From contig URRM01000001.1 of NCBI GenBank assembly GCA_900550295.1, positions 3,817 to 67,816 of the forward strand: a stretch of DNA of 64,000 bases. The letters run 5' to 3'. The first letter of the stretch is position 1; every line of letters begins with the position of its first letter. Made by a program: the position numbers and the translations under genes. The notes below the pieces were generated by a model that was not told the DNA's origin, did not search any database, and was given only the letters and a program-made list of their open reading frames with translations. Source of the DNA: an uncultured bacterium (GTDB lineage Bacteria > Cyanobacteriota > Vampirovibrionia > Gastranaerophilales > Gastranaerophilaceae). This document shows, piece after piece, positions 1-8,850 of the stretch.

Positions 1-332
1 TCGAACAAGTTGGCATCGATATTGCCGTATCTACAAAATTTGCGGCACTTCACGAAATTAAAAATGAATTCAGCGAAAGAAATATCGGTATTTTAGCCAC
101 TGTTGAACAAGGTAAGGCTGAAGTTTTGGATATCGAAATTCCTGAAAACTTTGAAACAAAAAAACTTATGGAATTAAAACTTCCGACTCGTGCCGTAATC
201 GGTATGGTTAACCGCAAAAACAGGGTTATCATTCCAAAAGGTGACACTTTGATTATGGCTGGTGACGATATCTTAATTTTCACTAAAAACGAAGATGCAC
301 AAAAGATTAAGGACTTTTTTAAGGTAGGATAA
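1..332 (+). CDS. trkA: Trk potassium uptake regulatory protein TrkA, C-terminal part (5' end lies outside the window)
   Basis: Open frame (frame 3) runs from the window start to TAA at 330-332. RCK_C/TrkA_C-like sequence (..AVIGMVNRKNRVIIPKGDTLIMAGDDILIF..). Sits directly upstream of trkH with a 1-nt gap. Confidence 0.6.
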   Translation, partial: EQVGIDIAVSTKFAALHEIKNEFSERNIGILATVEQGKAEVLDIEIPENFETKKLMELKLPTRAVIGMVNRKNRVIIPKGDTLIMAGDDILIFTKNEDAQKIKDFFKVG

Positions 333-333
333 A

Positions 334-1803
334 ATGAGATTAAGTTACCTTTTTAACGCAGTATCATTCGTTTTTATCTGTATCGGATTTGTAACATTAT
401 TGCCTGCAGTAGTTGCAATAATTTATGGTGAAACAAATTGCATTTTACCGTTTGTTGCAACAGGCATTGGAGCAATGCTTTTAGGCGGATTTTTCAAACT
501 TATCGTAAATCACTTTTTAACCAAAGATAAAAAAATGACCGACATTAAAAAATCAGAAGGGCTTGCTACAGTTCTTTTATCTTGGTTAATTTTCGCTATT
601 ATAGCAAGTATTCCGTACTTATTTTTTAATTTTGGAGTTGTTGATTCGTTCTTTGAAGGAATTTCTGGGATTACAACAACAGGCGCAACAATTTTAACCC
701 ATTACAACTACCCTCATACGCTGTTCTTCTGGCGCTCATTCACTCAATGGTTAGGCGGTATGGGAATTATCATCTTGTTTATTGCGATTTTGCCACAGTT
801 TGCAATTGCAGGACGTCAAATGTTCTTTGCTGAAGCCCCCGGACCTACAGAAGACAAATTGACACCTCGTATTAAGAATACAGCTATTGCATTATGGGGT
901 TTATACATAGTTTTAACCTTAATTGAAATCGGTTTATTGGTATATTTCAAAATGCCGTTGTTTGATGCTATCTGCAACGCATTTTCAACAATTTCATCCG
1001 GCGGTATGTCACTTAACGAATTTTCAATCGCTGGATACCACTCGTTACCTATAACTTGGGTTGTAATTGTATTTATGTTTTTATCTGGTTGCAACTTGGC
1101 ACTTGTATATAGATTTATTACTCAATTAAAATGGAAAATGATTTTTCATAACGAAGAATTTAGAACTTACATCGGAATTATACTTGTTGTATCAGCCTTA
1201 ATCGCTTTATTCTTCTGGAATACATCAAACGAATTTTCATTCATTAATTTAACAAATATTGTTTTCACGGTTGTAAGTTTAATGACCTCAACAGGCTTTG
1301 CTTGCAGTGATTATACGTATTGGGCAACTTCCGCTCAAATAATTTTGTTAATCGCAATCTTAGCTGGTTCTTCTGCAGGATCAACAGGCGGTGGTATCAA
1401 AATTATGAGAGCATTAATTGTATTCAAATACTTGAAAAGGGAAGTTATAAAATTCTTACACTCCAATGCTGTTGTGACAATCAAACTTGACAGAACAACG
1501 GTTGCGCCTGAAATTATTTCTCAAATTATCGGATTTGTAATTTTCTACGTAACTATTTTAATAATAAGTTCTATTACAGTTTCATTCATTGAAAACAACG
1601 CCGTAATTGGTTTTACCGGTTCGTTCTCAACTCTAAGCATTACAGGTCCCGCTTTTGGTAGCACTCTTGGACCTATGGGTAATTATGAAAGCTTACACGA
1701 TTTAACAAAAATAATCTTTATGTTTAATATGTTAATTGGTCGTTTAGAATTAGTACCGTTCTTAATATTATTAAACAAGGATTATTGGGTATTCAAAAAA
1801 TAA
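334..1803 (+). CDS. trkH: TrkH/KtrB-family potassium uptake membrane protein
   Basis: 489-aa polytopic membrane protein with repeated GxGG-like selectivity-filter segments (TTTGATI, SSGGMSL, TSTGFA, GSTGGGIK). RBS AAGGTAGG lies upstream of the ATG at 334. Confidence 0.85.
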   Translation: MRLSYLFNAVSFVFICIGFVTLLPAVVAIIYGETNCILPFVATGIGAMLLGGFFKLIVNHFLTKDKKMTDIKKSEGLATVLLSWLIFAIIASIPYLFFNFGVVDSFFEGISGITTTGATILTHYNYPHTLFFWRSFTQWLGGMGIIILFIAILPQFAIAGRQMFFAEAPGPTEDKLTPRIKNTAIALWGLYIVLTLIEIGLLVYFKMPLFDAICNAFSTISSGGMSLNEFSIAGYHSLPITWVVIVFMFLSGCNLALVYRFITQLKWKMIFHNEEFRTYIGIILVVSALIALFFWNTSNEFSFINLTNIVFTVVSLMTSTGFACSDYTYWATSAQIILLIAILAGSSAGSTGGGIKIMRALIVFKYLKREVIKFLHSNAVVTIKLDRTTVAPEIISQIIGFVIFYVTILIISSITVSFIENNAVIGFTGSFSTLSITGPAFGSTLGPMGNYESLHDLTKIIFMFNMLIGRLELVPFLILLNKDYWVFKK

Positions 1804-1804
1804 A

Positions 1805-2647
1805 TTAATTAAAAAGTTTGAAAGCGTTATAAGAACTACGAACAAGCGGTGCTATTTGATACTTTTCAAATCCTGCTTGTTTTGCTAATTCTTTCAACTC
1901 TTCAAATTCTTCTTCTGTGTAATACTTTTCAACTTCCAAATGGAGTTTTGAAGGTTGAATATATTGCCCAATAGTTAAAATATCACAATTTACAGAGCGT
2001 AAATCATCAAGGGTTTGTTTTATATCATCTTGAGTTTCACCCAAACCAACCATCATGCCTGATTTTGTAGGGATATCACTGTTGTCTTTAATATATTTCA
2101 ACACATCTAAAGATTGTCTGTAATTTCCTTGTGGGCGAGCAGTTTTAAACAATCGTTCTACCGTTTCGATATTATGATTAAACACATCCGGATGAGCTTT
2201 AATTATTATGTCTAAAGCCTCTTTATTCCCTTTGAAATCAGGTGTTAAAATTTCTATTTTTGTATCCGGAAAAATTTTTCTAATCTCTTCAATCGTTTTA
2301 GCAAAATGATTTGCCCCGCCATCTGGTAAATCATCACGTGTAACCGAGGTGATTACAGAATATTTTAAACCTAATTCGCTAACAGCTTTTGCTAAATTTT
2401 TTGGCTCATTAACATCAAGTGGTTCAGGTCTTTCGCACCCAATATTGCAATAACGACAATTACGAGTACAAACATTACCCATAATCAAAAAAGTTGCCGT
2501 ATTTTTTTGATAGCATTCATTTTTATTTGGGCATCTTGCATTTTCACAAACTGTATTCAAACAATTGTGTTTCAAGATTGTTCGAACATTCTTTGTTTTT
2601 TCTGTGTCAATAATTTGTCGTTTTAAGTAATCAGGTAATCTTTTCAT
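1805..2647 (-). CDS. lipA: Lipoyl synthase
   Basis: N-terminal auxiliary Cys cluster (CENARCPNKNEC) and radical-SAM motif CTRNCRYC. 280 aa. Confidence 0.9.
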   Translation of the reverse strand: MKRLPDYLKRQIIDTEKTKNVRTILKHNCLNTVCENARCPNKNECYQKNTATFLIMGNVCTRNCRYCNIGCERPEPLDVNEPKNLAKAVSELGLKYSVITSVTRDDLPDGGANHFAKTIEEIRKIFPDTKIEILTPDFKGNKEALDIIIKAHPDVFNHNIETVERLFKTARPQGNYRQSLDVLKYIKDNSDIPTKSGMMVGLGETQDDIKQTLDDLRSVNCDILTIGQYIQPSKLHLEVEKYYTEEEFEELKELAKQAGFEKYQIAPLVRSSYNAFKLFN

Positions 2648-3882
2648 AGTGCTAAAATACTTTCATAAACACCTTCTGAGTATGTTGGGTGAGCAAAGCA
2701 AACTTTGTGTAAATCTTTAATTGAGATTTCATTTTGCATTGCAATTGCAAACTCATGAATCATTGCTGATGCTTCTTTTGATATGATATGAGCGCCTATA
2801 ATTTTATCATCATATGATAAAACTTTAATAAATCCGTCAATATCGTTGTCACAATGAGCTTTACCTAAAGTTCTTACAGGTAAAACACTCTTTTTATAAC
2901 TTCCTACCGGTAAATCTTGCTCGTTTGCACCTATCCATGCAATTTCAGGAATACCGTAAACTACACTCGGAATAAACACATTATCAAAAGGAGTATCCGA
3001 CATCAAAGCTCTTGCCTGATACATTCCAAAATTAGCTAACATTAATTGTCCGCAAGCATCACCCAAGTAAATAACTTTGCCGTTTGCTACCGGTTTATTT
3101 GGAATTCTGCCGATTGCAACAAGTACAAAATCAGGTTCTAAAACTTCACCATTTGAAAGTGTTACTTTTTTATTTTCAATTTTTTCAACTGTTGTAGAAA
3201 GTTTCAAACCAATTTTACGCATTTTAAACATTCTTTCAACATATTTTGAAACTTCATCATCAGCAATTGAAAGAACCTTGTTAGTTGCTTCAATAACAGT
3301 TACATCCACATCTATGTCTTTAAAAATTCTTGCCCATTCAATACCTTCAGCACCTGCACCAATAATTACAACGCTTTTTGGTGCTTCTTTCATTTCAAAT
3401 AAATCATCCGAATTTAAAATAAATTCATGGTCATATTCTAAACATTTCAAAGCTTTTGGTTCAGAGCCTGTTGCCATTATAATTTTTTCGCAAATATAAG
3501 TTTCACCATTTGCTTCAATTGTTTTTTCTGCAATAACCTTAGCTTCATCTTCAACAATTTGCACACCTTTTGATTGCAAATTCTTTGTTAAAGCATTTCT
3601 TAGCATTTCAGTAACTTTATTTTTGCGCTCCATAACTTTTGCAAAATCAAATTTTACATCATTTGCTACAATACCAATATTTTCGGCATTTTTAACATCT
3701 TTATACAGTTCAGCCGAATGCATAATAGTTTTTGTTGGAATACAACCCTTGTTCAGGCAAACTCCGCCAATTTTATCTTTTTCAAAAAGTACAACTTTCA
3801 AGCCTTTTTCTGCTGCGAGTAAAGCAGCCGTAAAACCTGCAGGTCCTGAGCCTATAATCCCAAAATCAAATTTATTTTCCAT
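2644..3882 (-). CDS. lpdA: Dihydrolipoyl dehydrogenase-like FAD-dependent pyridine nucleotide-disulfide oxidoreductase
   Basis: GSGPAG FAD-binding start, redox-active disulfide motif GGVCLNKGCIPTK, second Rossmann GAGAEGIE, C-terminal HAHPTYSE. Overlaps lipA by 4 nt (operon). At 412 aa it is shorter than a typical LpdA. Confidence 0.7.
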   Translation of the reverse strand: MENKFDFGIIGSGPAGFTAALLAAEKGLKVVLFEKDKIGGVCLNKGCIPTKTIMHSAELYKDVKNAENIGIVANDVKFDFAKVMERKNKVTEMLRNALTKNLQSKGVQIVEDEAKVIAEKTIEANGETYICEKIIMATGSEPKALKCLEYDHEFILNSDDLFEMKEAPKSVVIIGAGAEGIEWARIFKDIDVDVTVIEATNKVLSIADDEVSKYVERMFKMRKIGLKLSTTVEKIENKKVTLSNGEVLEPDFVLVAIGRIPNKPVANGKVIYLGDACGQLMLANFGMYQARALMSDTPFDNVFIPSVVYGIPEIAWIGANEQDLPVGSYKKSVLPVRTLGKAHCDNDIDGFIKVLSYDDKIIGAHIISKEASAMIHEFAIAMQNEISIKDLHKVCFAHPTYSEGVYESILAL

Positions 3883-3891
3883 TTCAAATCC

Positions 3892-5016
3892 TTATCTTGT
3901 GTAAACTCTTGCAAGTCGAGCTTTCAAGTGGCAAATAATTTCGTAATGTATTGTACCCATTGCTTTTGCCCAATCATCAATAGGTAATGTTTCGTCAAGT
4001 AAAGTGATTACGTCACCAACTTTTGCATCAACACCCGTAATATCAAACATCATTTGATCCATTGCAACATTACCGACTTGTTTAACTTTTTGTCCGTTAA
4101 TATGTCCATAAAATTTATTAGACATTAATCTTGGAATGCCGTCAGCATAACCTAGAGGAACTGTCGCTATTTTTGTAGGTTTATCAGCAACAAAAGTATG
4201 TCCGTAGCTTACACCGTCACCTTTTTCAATTTCATGAATGTGTATAATTCTTGTTTTAACTGACATTGCTTGTTTCAAATTAACATGTTGTGCCTCAGAA
4301 ATTAAGTCAGGATATAATCCATACAAACCAATACCGCCACGAACCATATTATATGTGCATTTGTAGACATTGCTTGTAATAATACCGGCTGTATTCAAGA
4401 TATGAAGCAACAAACCGTCAGTATTAATTTGAGAAATTACATCCTCCCAAATCGCTAGTTGTTGTTCTGTCTTTTCTTTAATTTCAGCATTCGCTAAGTG
4501 TGAGAAAATACCCTTTAAATCAATGCATTCCATTGATTGAACTTTTTTAATAAATTCAACTGCGTCTTTGTGAGAAACACCTATTCTGTTCATGCCTGTA
4601 TCTAACTTAATATGAGCCTTTACAGGAATTTTTGTTCTTTCGTAAGTTTGAATACAAGATTCCAAGTGTTCTTCTGAAAAAATTGTAATAGTTAAATTGT
4701 TTTCAACAACCGTTGGTAATGCCCAAATTGGCGCTGCGCCAAGAATTAAAATTTCAGCGGTTACACCGTTTTCTCTTAAATTTAAAGCTTCATCAATTGA
4801 AGCAACACCAAACATATCTACACCTGATGCAAGCATTGTAGGAGCAAGCATTGCAGCACCGTGTCCGTAAGAATCTGCCTTAACTACTGCTAAGAACTTT
4901 TTATCTTGCGGTACACATTTTTTTAATTCTTTAATATTGTTAGAAACGTTATCAATATTGACTTCTACCCAAGAATCTCTATGAGCGTTTACATTTGATG
5001 TCCTTGAAATTTTCAT
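3892..5016 (-). CDS. alr: Alanine racemase
   Basis: PLP-lysine motif AVVKADSYGHG near the N-terminus. 374 aa with a typical two-domain length. Confidence 0.85.
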   Translation of the reverse strand: MKISRTSNVNAHRDSWVEVNIDNVSNNIKELKKCVPQDKKFLAVVKADSYGHGAAMLAPTMLASGVDMFGVASIDEALNLRENGVTAEILILGAAPIWALPTVVENNLTITIFSEEHLESCIQTYERTKIPVKAHIKLDTGMNRIGVSHKDAVEFIKKVQSMECIDLKGIFSHLANAEIKEKTEQQLAIWEDVISQINTDGLLLHILNTAGIITSNVYKCTYNMVRGGIGLYGLYPDLISEAQHVNLKQAMSVKTRIIHIHEIEKGDGVSYGHTFVADKPTKIATVPLGYADGIPRLMSNKFYGHINGQKVKQVGNVAMDQMMFDITGVDAKVGDVITLLDETLPIDDWAKAMGTIHYEIICHLKARLARVYTR

Positions 5017-5030
5017 AACTCAAGTATAGT

Positions 5031-6197
5031 CTATTTTTTTTCAATGTTCAAGTATTTAACAAAATATGCACTGAAGGCCGGAATGAATCCTGCAATAAAT
5101 AACATTTGCAAGATACCGAACTTTTGAGCCATAAAACCCATTCCGCTGAGTAATACACCTACTATACCCCAACAAAATCCGTTTAAAAATCCGCCGATTA
5201 TGCTTTTATATTGAGGCAATTCTTTTTGGGCAAGAACCATTGTAATCGGAGTTGCAAGCATTAAAATAAATGCCATTAATACAAAATCAATTAGTGCCAG
5301 TATTGGGAATTTTGCGTTAAAAAACACAAATATACACATTAAAACAGGCATTGACAACATTGATATATAAATAATTCGTCTTGTTCCTACAACTTCTTCA
5401 ACCTTTGGACTTACAAGTGAACCAATTCCACCTGCAAACATAAACCAGAATAATGCCATACCAATATACATTGGATCATGACCGTTTGCTTTCCACAAGA
5501 ATGGCAACAAGATTGTACAACTGCTTGAAATTAATGCTTTCATAATAGAAATCAAAATCAAAATCAAAACTTGTTTATTTGTCAAAATTGTCTTGAATAC
5601 TGCAACAATATCCTTTTTAGAACTTTCAATTTTATCTCTGTCTGAAATTTTAGGTACGCATACAAACATTAAAAGTGCTAAAACAACACCTACAATGATT
5701 AATAGAGGCATTTTTTCTAAACTCAAGTATTGAGTAATTGCAGCAGACAATAATGGTCCGAAAGAATATCCGATTGAACCAAGGCTTAAAAATAAGCCCA
5801 TATTTTTTGTGAAATCTTTTCTTGTAAATCTAATTACAAAACCGATACCTTGAGGGTGAAAAACACTTACACCCAAACTACCCAGTATAATAAACAAGGC
5901 TAAAGTATAAACGTTATGCGCAACACCTGTCAACGGGAAAAATACTGTCGCAAAAACTAATCCCCAAAAAATAAAGCTTCTTTTGGCAATGTTATCCGCA
6001 AAAAATCCGAAAATTGGTTGCAACAATTGAGAAAACAATTGTGACAAGCTCATTAAAAGCGCAGCAACACCCATTGAAATACCTATTTTAGCTGCAATAA
6101 ACGGCATAATCGGATGTAAAAATCCTGAATATGTATCTGTTGTAAAGTGCGCTGCAGACAACCACTTCACCGCTTTATTATATGGTGATTTTTTCAT
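5031..6197 (-). CDS. MFS-family transporter
   Basis: 388 aa and roughly 12 predicted hydrophobic helices by eye. No further motifs were checked. Confidence 0.65.
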   Translation of the reverse strand: MKKSPYNKAVKWLSAAHFTTDTYSGFLHPIMPFIAAKIGISMGVAALLMSLSQLFSQLLQPIFGFFADNIAKRSFIFWGLVFATVFFPLTGVAHNVYTLALFIILGSLGVSVFHPQGIGFVIRFTRKDFTKNMGLFLSLGSIGYSFGPLLSAAITQYLSLEKMPLLIIVGVVLALLMFVCVPKISDRDKIESSKKDIVAVFKTILTNKQVLILILISIMKALISSSCTILLPFLWKANGHDPMYIGMALFWFMFAGGIGSLVSPKVEEVVGTRRIIYISMLSMPVLMCIFVFFNAKFPILALIDFVLMAFILMLATPITMVLAQKELPQYKSIIGGFLNGFCWGIVGVLLSGMGFMAQKFGILQMLFIAGFIPAFSAYFVKYLNIEKK

Positions 6198-6231
6198 AAT
6201 TTCCTCTATTTTATTTTTATCTTAATTCCTA

Positions 6232-7161
6232 TTAACCTTTAAAGTGTTCAATACCAGTTGCAACTAATGCAATTTCGTATTTATCACATTGTTCTATTAA
6301 TTTTTTATCATTAATAGAACCTGCCGGTTCAATAATTAACGCAATTCTACCTCTTGCTGCCGCATGAATTACATCAACAGTTTCTATAGCTCTATCTGTT
6401 GCCATAACAGCATCTTTTGTGCTGTCACATGCTGTATCCATTGCACCTTCGCAAGATTCAACAAACGATGTTTCACCTTGTCCGATTGCCAGTGTTTTAA
6501 AATCTTTTGCCAAAACAACTACATCTGATTTTGCATATTTTGCAACTTTAAACGCAAAAATTGCATCTTCCAATTGCTCTTGTTCAGGTTTCTTTTTTGT
6601 TAAAACTTTGAAAGTATCTTTATTAAAATCTGCTCTATCTGCATCTTGTTCCAAAACACCAAATGGAGTGATTTTTAACTCTTGCGATACAGAAATTCTT
6701 ACCTCATCAAAAGGTGTGTTGATTTTAATAACCTTCAAATTTTCGTTTTTCTTTAAAATTTCTAAAGCTTCTTTATCATATCCGCAAGCTAAAACAACTT
6801 CAAATTGGCTTTGGATAATTTTTTTTGCAGTTCTGTCATCAACAATTTTTGAAAAACCGATACAAGAACCAATTGCACCAATCGGATTGCTATCAACTGC
6901 TTTTGCATAAGAATCAACTAAAGTCTTACCCAAAGCAACCGCACAAGGTAAACCGACTTTTGCCATTACTGTTGCAAAAACATCGTAAAATTCACTCAAA
7001 ACATCAACTAAAACGCTCATGTTTAAGAAATTTTTGTATGTTAACTCGCCACCATTCAATTGTTCCCAATCAATTGATCCTTCATTTTTATATAAACAAG
7101 CTGATTGTTGTCTGTTTTCACCTTGTTTAAAATCAATTATTCTTTCTAAATTATCTAACAT
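6232..7161 (-). CDS. Standalone AICAR transformylase (PurH C-terminal AICARFT) domain protein
   Basis: C-terminus (AIFAFKVAKYAKSDVVVLAKDFKTLAIGQGETSFV...ATDRAIETVDVIHAAARGRIALIIEPAGSINDKKLIEQCDKYEIALVATGIEHFKG) matches the C-terminus of bacterial PurH as recalled from memory. A QGENRQQ segment matches YGENPHQ. No MGS-like IMP cyclohydrolase domain is present in this 309-aa ORF. Confidence 0.7.
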   Translation of the reverse strand: MLDNLERIIDFKQGENRQQSACLYKNEGSIDWEQLNGGELTYKNFLNMSVLVDVLSEFYDVFATVMAKVGLPCAVALGKTLVDSYAKAVDSNPIGAIGSCIGFSKIVDDRTAKKIIQSQFEVVLACGYDKEALEILKKNENLKVIKINTPFDEVRISVSQELKITPFGVLEQDADRADFNKDTFKVLTKKKPEQEQLEDAIFAFKVAKYAKSDVVVLAKDFKTLAIGQGETSFVESCEGAMDTACDSTKDAVMATDRAIETVDVIHAAARGRIALIIEPAGSINDKKLIEQCDKYEIALVATGIEHFKG

Positions 7162-7225
7162 CTTTATTTCCTTTTATTTATTAATTTTATCAGGGAAATT
7201 ATAGCACAAAAAGATTATTTAGAAA

Positions 7226-8170
7226 TTATTTGCAAGAGGTTTGAGTTTCCCAATTTAGAATTTTACCATTAGGACATTTATAAGTATCACCAGTTAGAGT
7301 TGCCTTTAAGTAGTCCATATTATTGTTTAAAATTACCCAACCCAGTAAATCCATATAAGATAAATTTCCTGTACTGCCACCACTAGAAAGATACTCAATT
7401 GCATAATTATTATTTTCATCATCAAATATACTAAATGTAAATAAATCAGAGCCTTCTTTTGTTTTACCTTTATTTGGACCATCAATATCTACATATATCA
7501 CAGACTGATCAAAAGACAATGATGTTCCATCGGCAAGAATCACATTATAGTAACCTGTATGAGAATCATCTAAATTAGATGCCATTTCACTACCATCATA
7601 ATAATAAGCTTTAGATTTAGAAGCACATCCTGTAGATAATTTACAATTTTTTGATACCTTCATAAATTCAGTCATTCTCTCGCCGAAACGAGTACTTATA
7701 TCTTCATAGTTAGTGAGTCCTGTAAACCATTCATCATATGGACCATAAACAGCTTGTGCACGCCCTAAAGCATCTTGTAGGTTTGAATATAGTTTCTTTA
7801 CTTTGGCTACTTTTTCTTTATCTGCAGTTGAAGAATTTAAGTTTGGAATAGTCAATGCCGCAACCACACCAATTATACCCATTACAATTAGGGTTTCTGC
7901 AAGGGTGAACGCTAAGGCTTTGCAAAGGGGTAGAATCCCTCTTTTGTCATCCCGTGCTTGACACGGGATCTTGTCAACATGAGATTCTGAACCAAGTTCA
8001 GAATGACATTGTGGTTTATGGCTTAATTGGGTAAACAGTCTTTGGATTGCTTCGCTTACGCTCGCAATGACGTCTTGAGTCTTAAGTCCAAAAGTCGCTC
8101 TACTACTAGTGTTTACCCCCCCCCCGCAAAGTTGAAGGGCTTTATTTTCAATGTTTTTATCCATATTCAT
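7226..8170 (-). CDS. Type IV pilin-like protein (prepilin-type N-terminal cleavage/methylation domain) with an atypical long repeat-derived N-terminal extension
   Basis: Class III signal motif KALA|FTLAETLIVMGIIGVVAAL (F+1, E+5) occurs about 85 aa into the ORF. Its C-terminal region ends with a Cys pair (..CPNGKILNWETQTSCK), typical of a pilin disulfide loop. The 5' 250 nt are built from palindromic repeat modules and a G10 tract. The most likely ATG is at 8162-8164 (RBS AGAGG), but the true start is uncertain. Confidence 0.6.
   Translation of the reverse strand: MNMDKNIENKALQLCGGGVNTSSRATFGLKTQDVIASVSEAIQRLFTQLSHKPQCHSELGSESHVDKIPCQARDDKRGILPLCKALAFTLAETLIVMGIIGVVAALTIPNLNSSTADKEKVAKVKKLYSNLQDALGRAQAVYGPYDEWFTGLTNYEDISTRFGERMTEFMKVSKNCKLSTGCASKSKAYYYDGSEMASNLDDSHTGYYNVILADGTSLSFDQSVIYVDIDGPNKGKTKEGSDLFTFSIFDDENNNYAIEYLSSGGSTGNLSYMDLLGWVILNNNMDYLKATLTGDTYKCPNGKILNWETQTSCK
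7945..8110. repeat. In-frame cluster of short palindromic repeat modules inside the pilin 5' region: hairpin module TGTCATCCCGTGCTTGACACGGGATC, perfect palindrome ATTCTGAACCAAGTTCAGAAT and module GTCATTGCGAGCGTAAGCGAAGCAATCCAAAGAC (inverted)
   Basis: The same modules recur at 8290-8316, 8478-8510, 18552-18579 and 18606-18625. Confidence 0.7.
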
Positions 8171-8269
8171 ACCTCTTATTTATTCTTATTATGTTTCTTA
8201 TTATAACATTCTTTGCTTGTTTCTTCAAGAGGGGTGGGTGAGGTTTGGATGGTTGGTAATATGTCGTAA

Positions 8270-8830
8270 TGACTTGAAATAAAACATACTGTCATCCCGT
8301 GCTACGACACGGGATCTTTTTTATACTCAATCGCTATTCAATAGATTCCGCATCAAGTTGACATAAAAGTAAATGTTCTCCTCTAATGTCATGCTAAAGT
8401 GTTTAATGTGTGCAATACAAGAACAACTTAGTTATTCCGCATCTGATAAACATTTCAACTACGTATTAAAACATAATGTCATTGCGAGCGGAAGCGTGGC
8501 AATCCAAGATTTTTTTAGATTACTTCGTCGTTTCACTCCTCGTAATGACATTAAAATTGAATTGCCAACCCTCTAAACATCTAAACCTCCAAAAGCGCAT
8601 TTGAACTGGTAAGATCCTGAATAAATGCGATTAATTTATTCTCTATTTAATCAATGTTTCAGGATGACATAGTATTGAAATTGTAACCCTAATGTCATAC
8701 TGAACTCGTTTCAGCATCTCATTCTTACTAACTCCTGCCACACGGGGGACAGGCTCACAAGGCTCATACTTCGCCTGTTCGCTTTGTCAAAAAATTCAGG
8801 ATGACATAAGGTTTAAACTTTTATCGGATA
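8270..8830. repeat. Intergenic mosaic of REP/MITE-like modules: hairpin TGTCATCCCGTGCTACGACACGGGATC+T-run at 8290-8322, a 52-nt module at 8431-8482, the GTCATTGCGAGCG..GCAATCCAAGA module at 8478-8510, and CAGGATGACAT / AATGTCAT cores at about 8395, 8660, 8700 and 8795
   Basis: Direct comparison with 18507-18585 shows a near-identical 52-nt module followed by an identical 28-nt hairpin and T-run. No ORF spans the region. Confidence 0.7.
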
Positions 8831-8850
8831 ACTGATAAGATTCTTAATTT

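Noticed and set aside
816-1094. Antisense ORFs from the six-frame track lying wholly inside well-supported genes (for example 816-1094, 3077-3499, 6419-6910, 9760-10101, 21143-21409, 34190-34618, 42900-43285, 44644-45136)
   Set aside because: Each overlaps a gene with strong family motifs on the opposite strand or in another frame. They have no RBS and low-complexity composition, as expected from chance reading of AT-rich or repeat-rich coding sequence.
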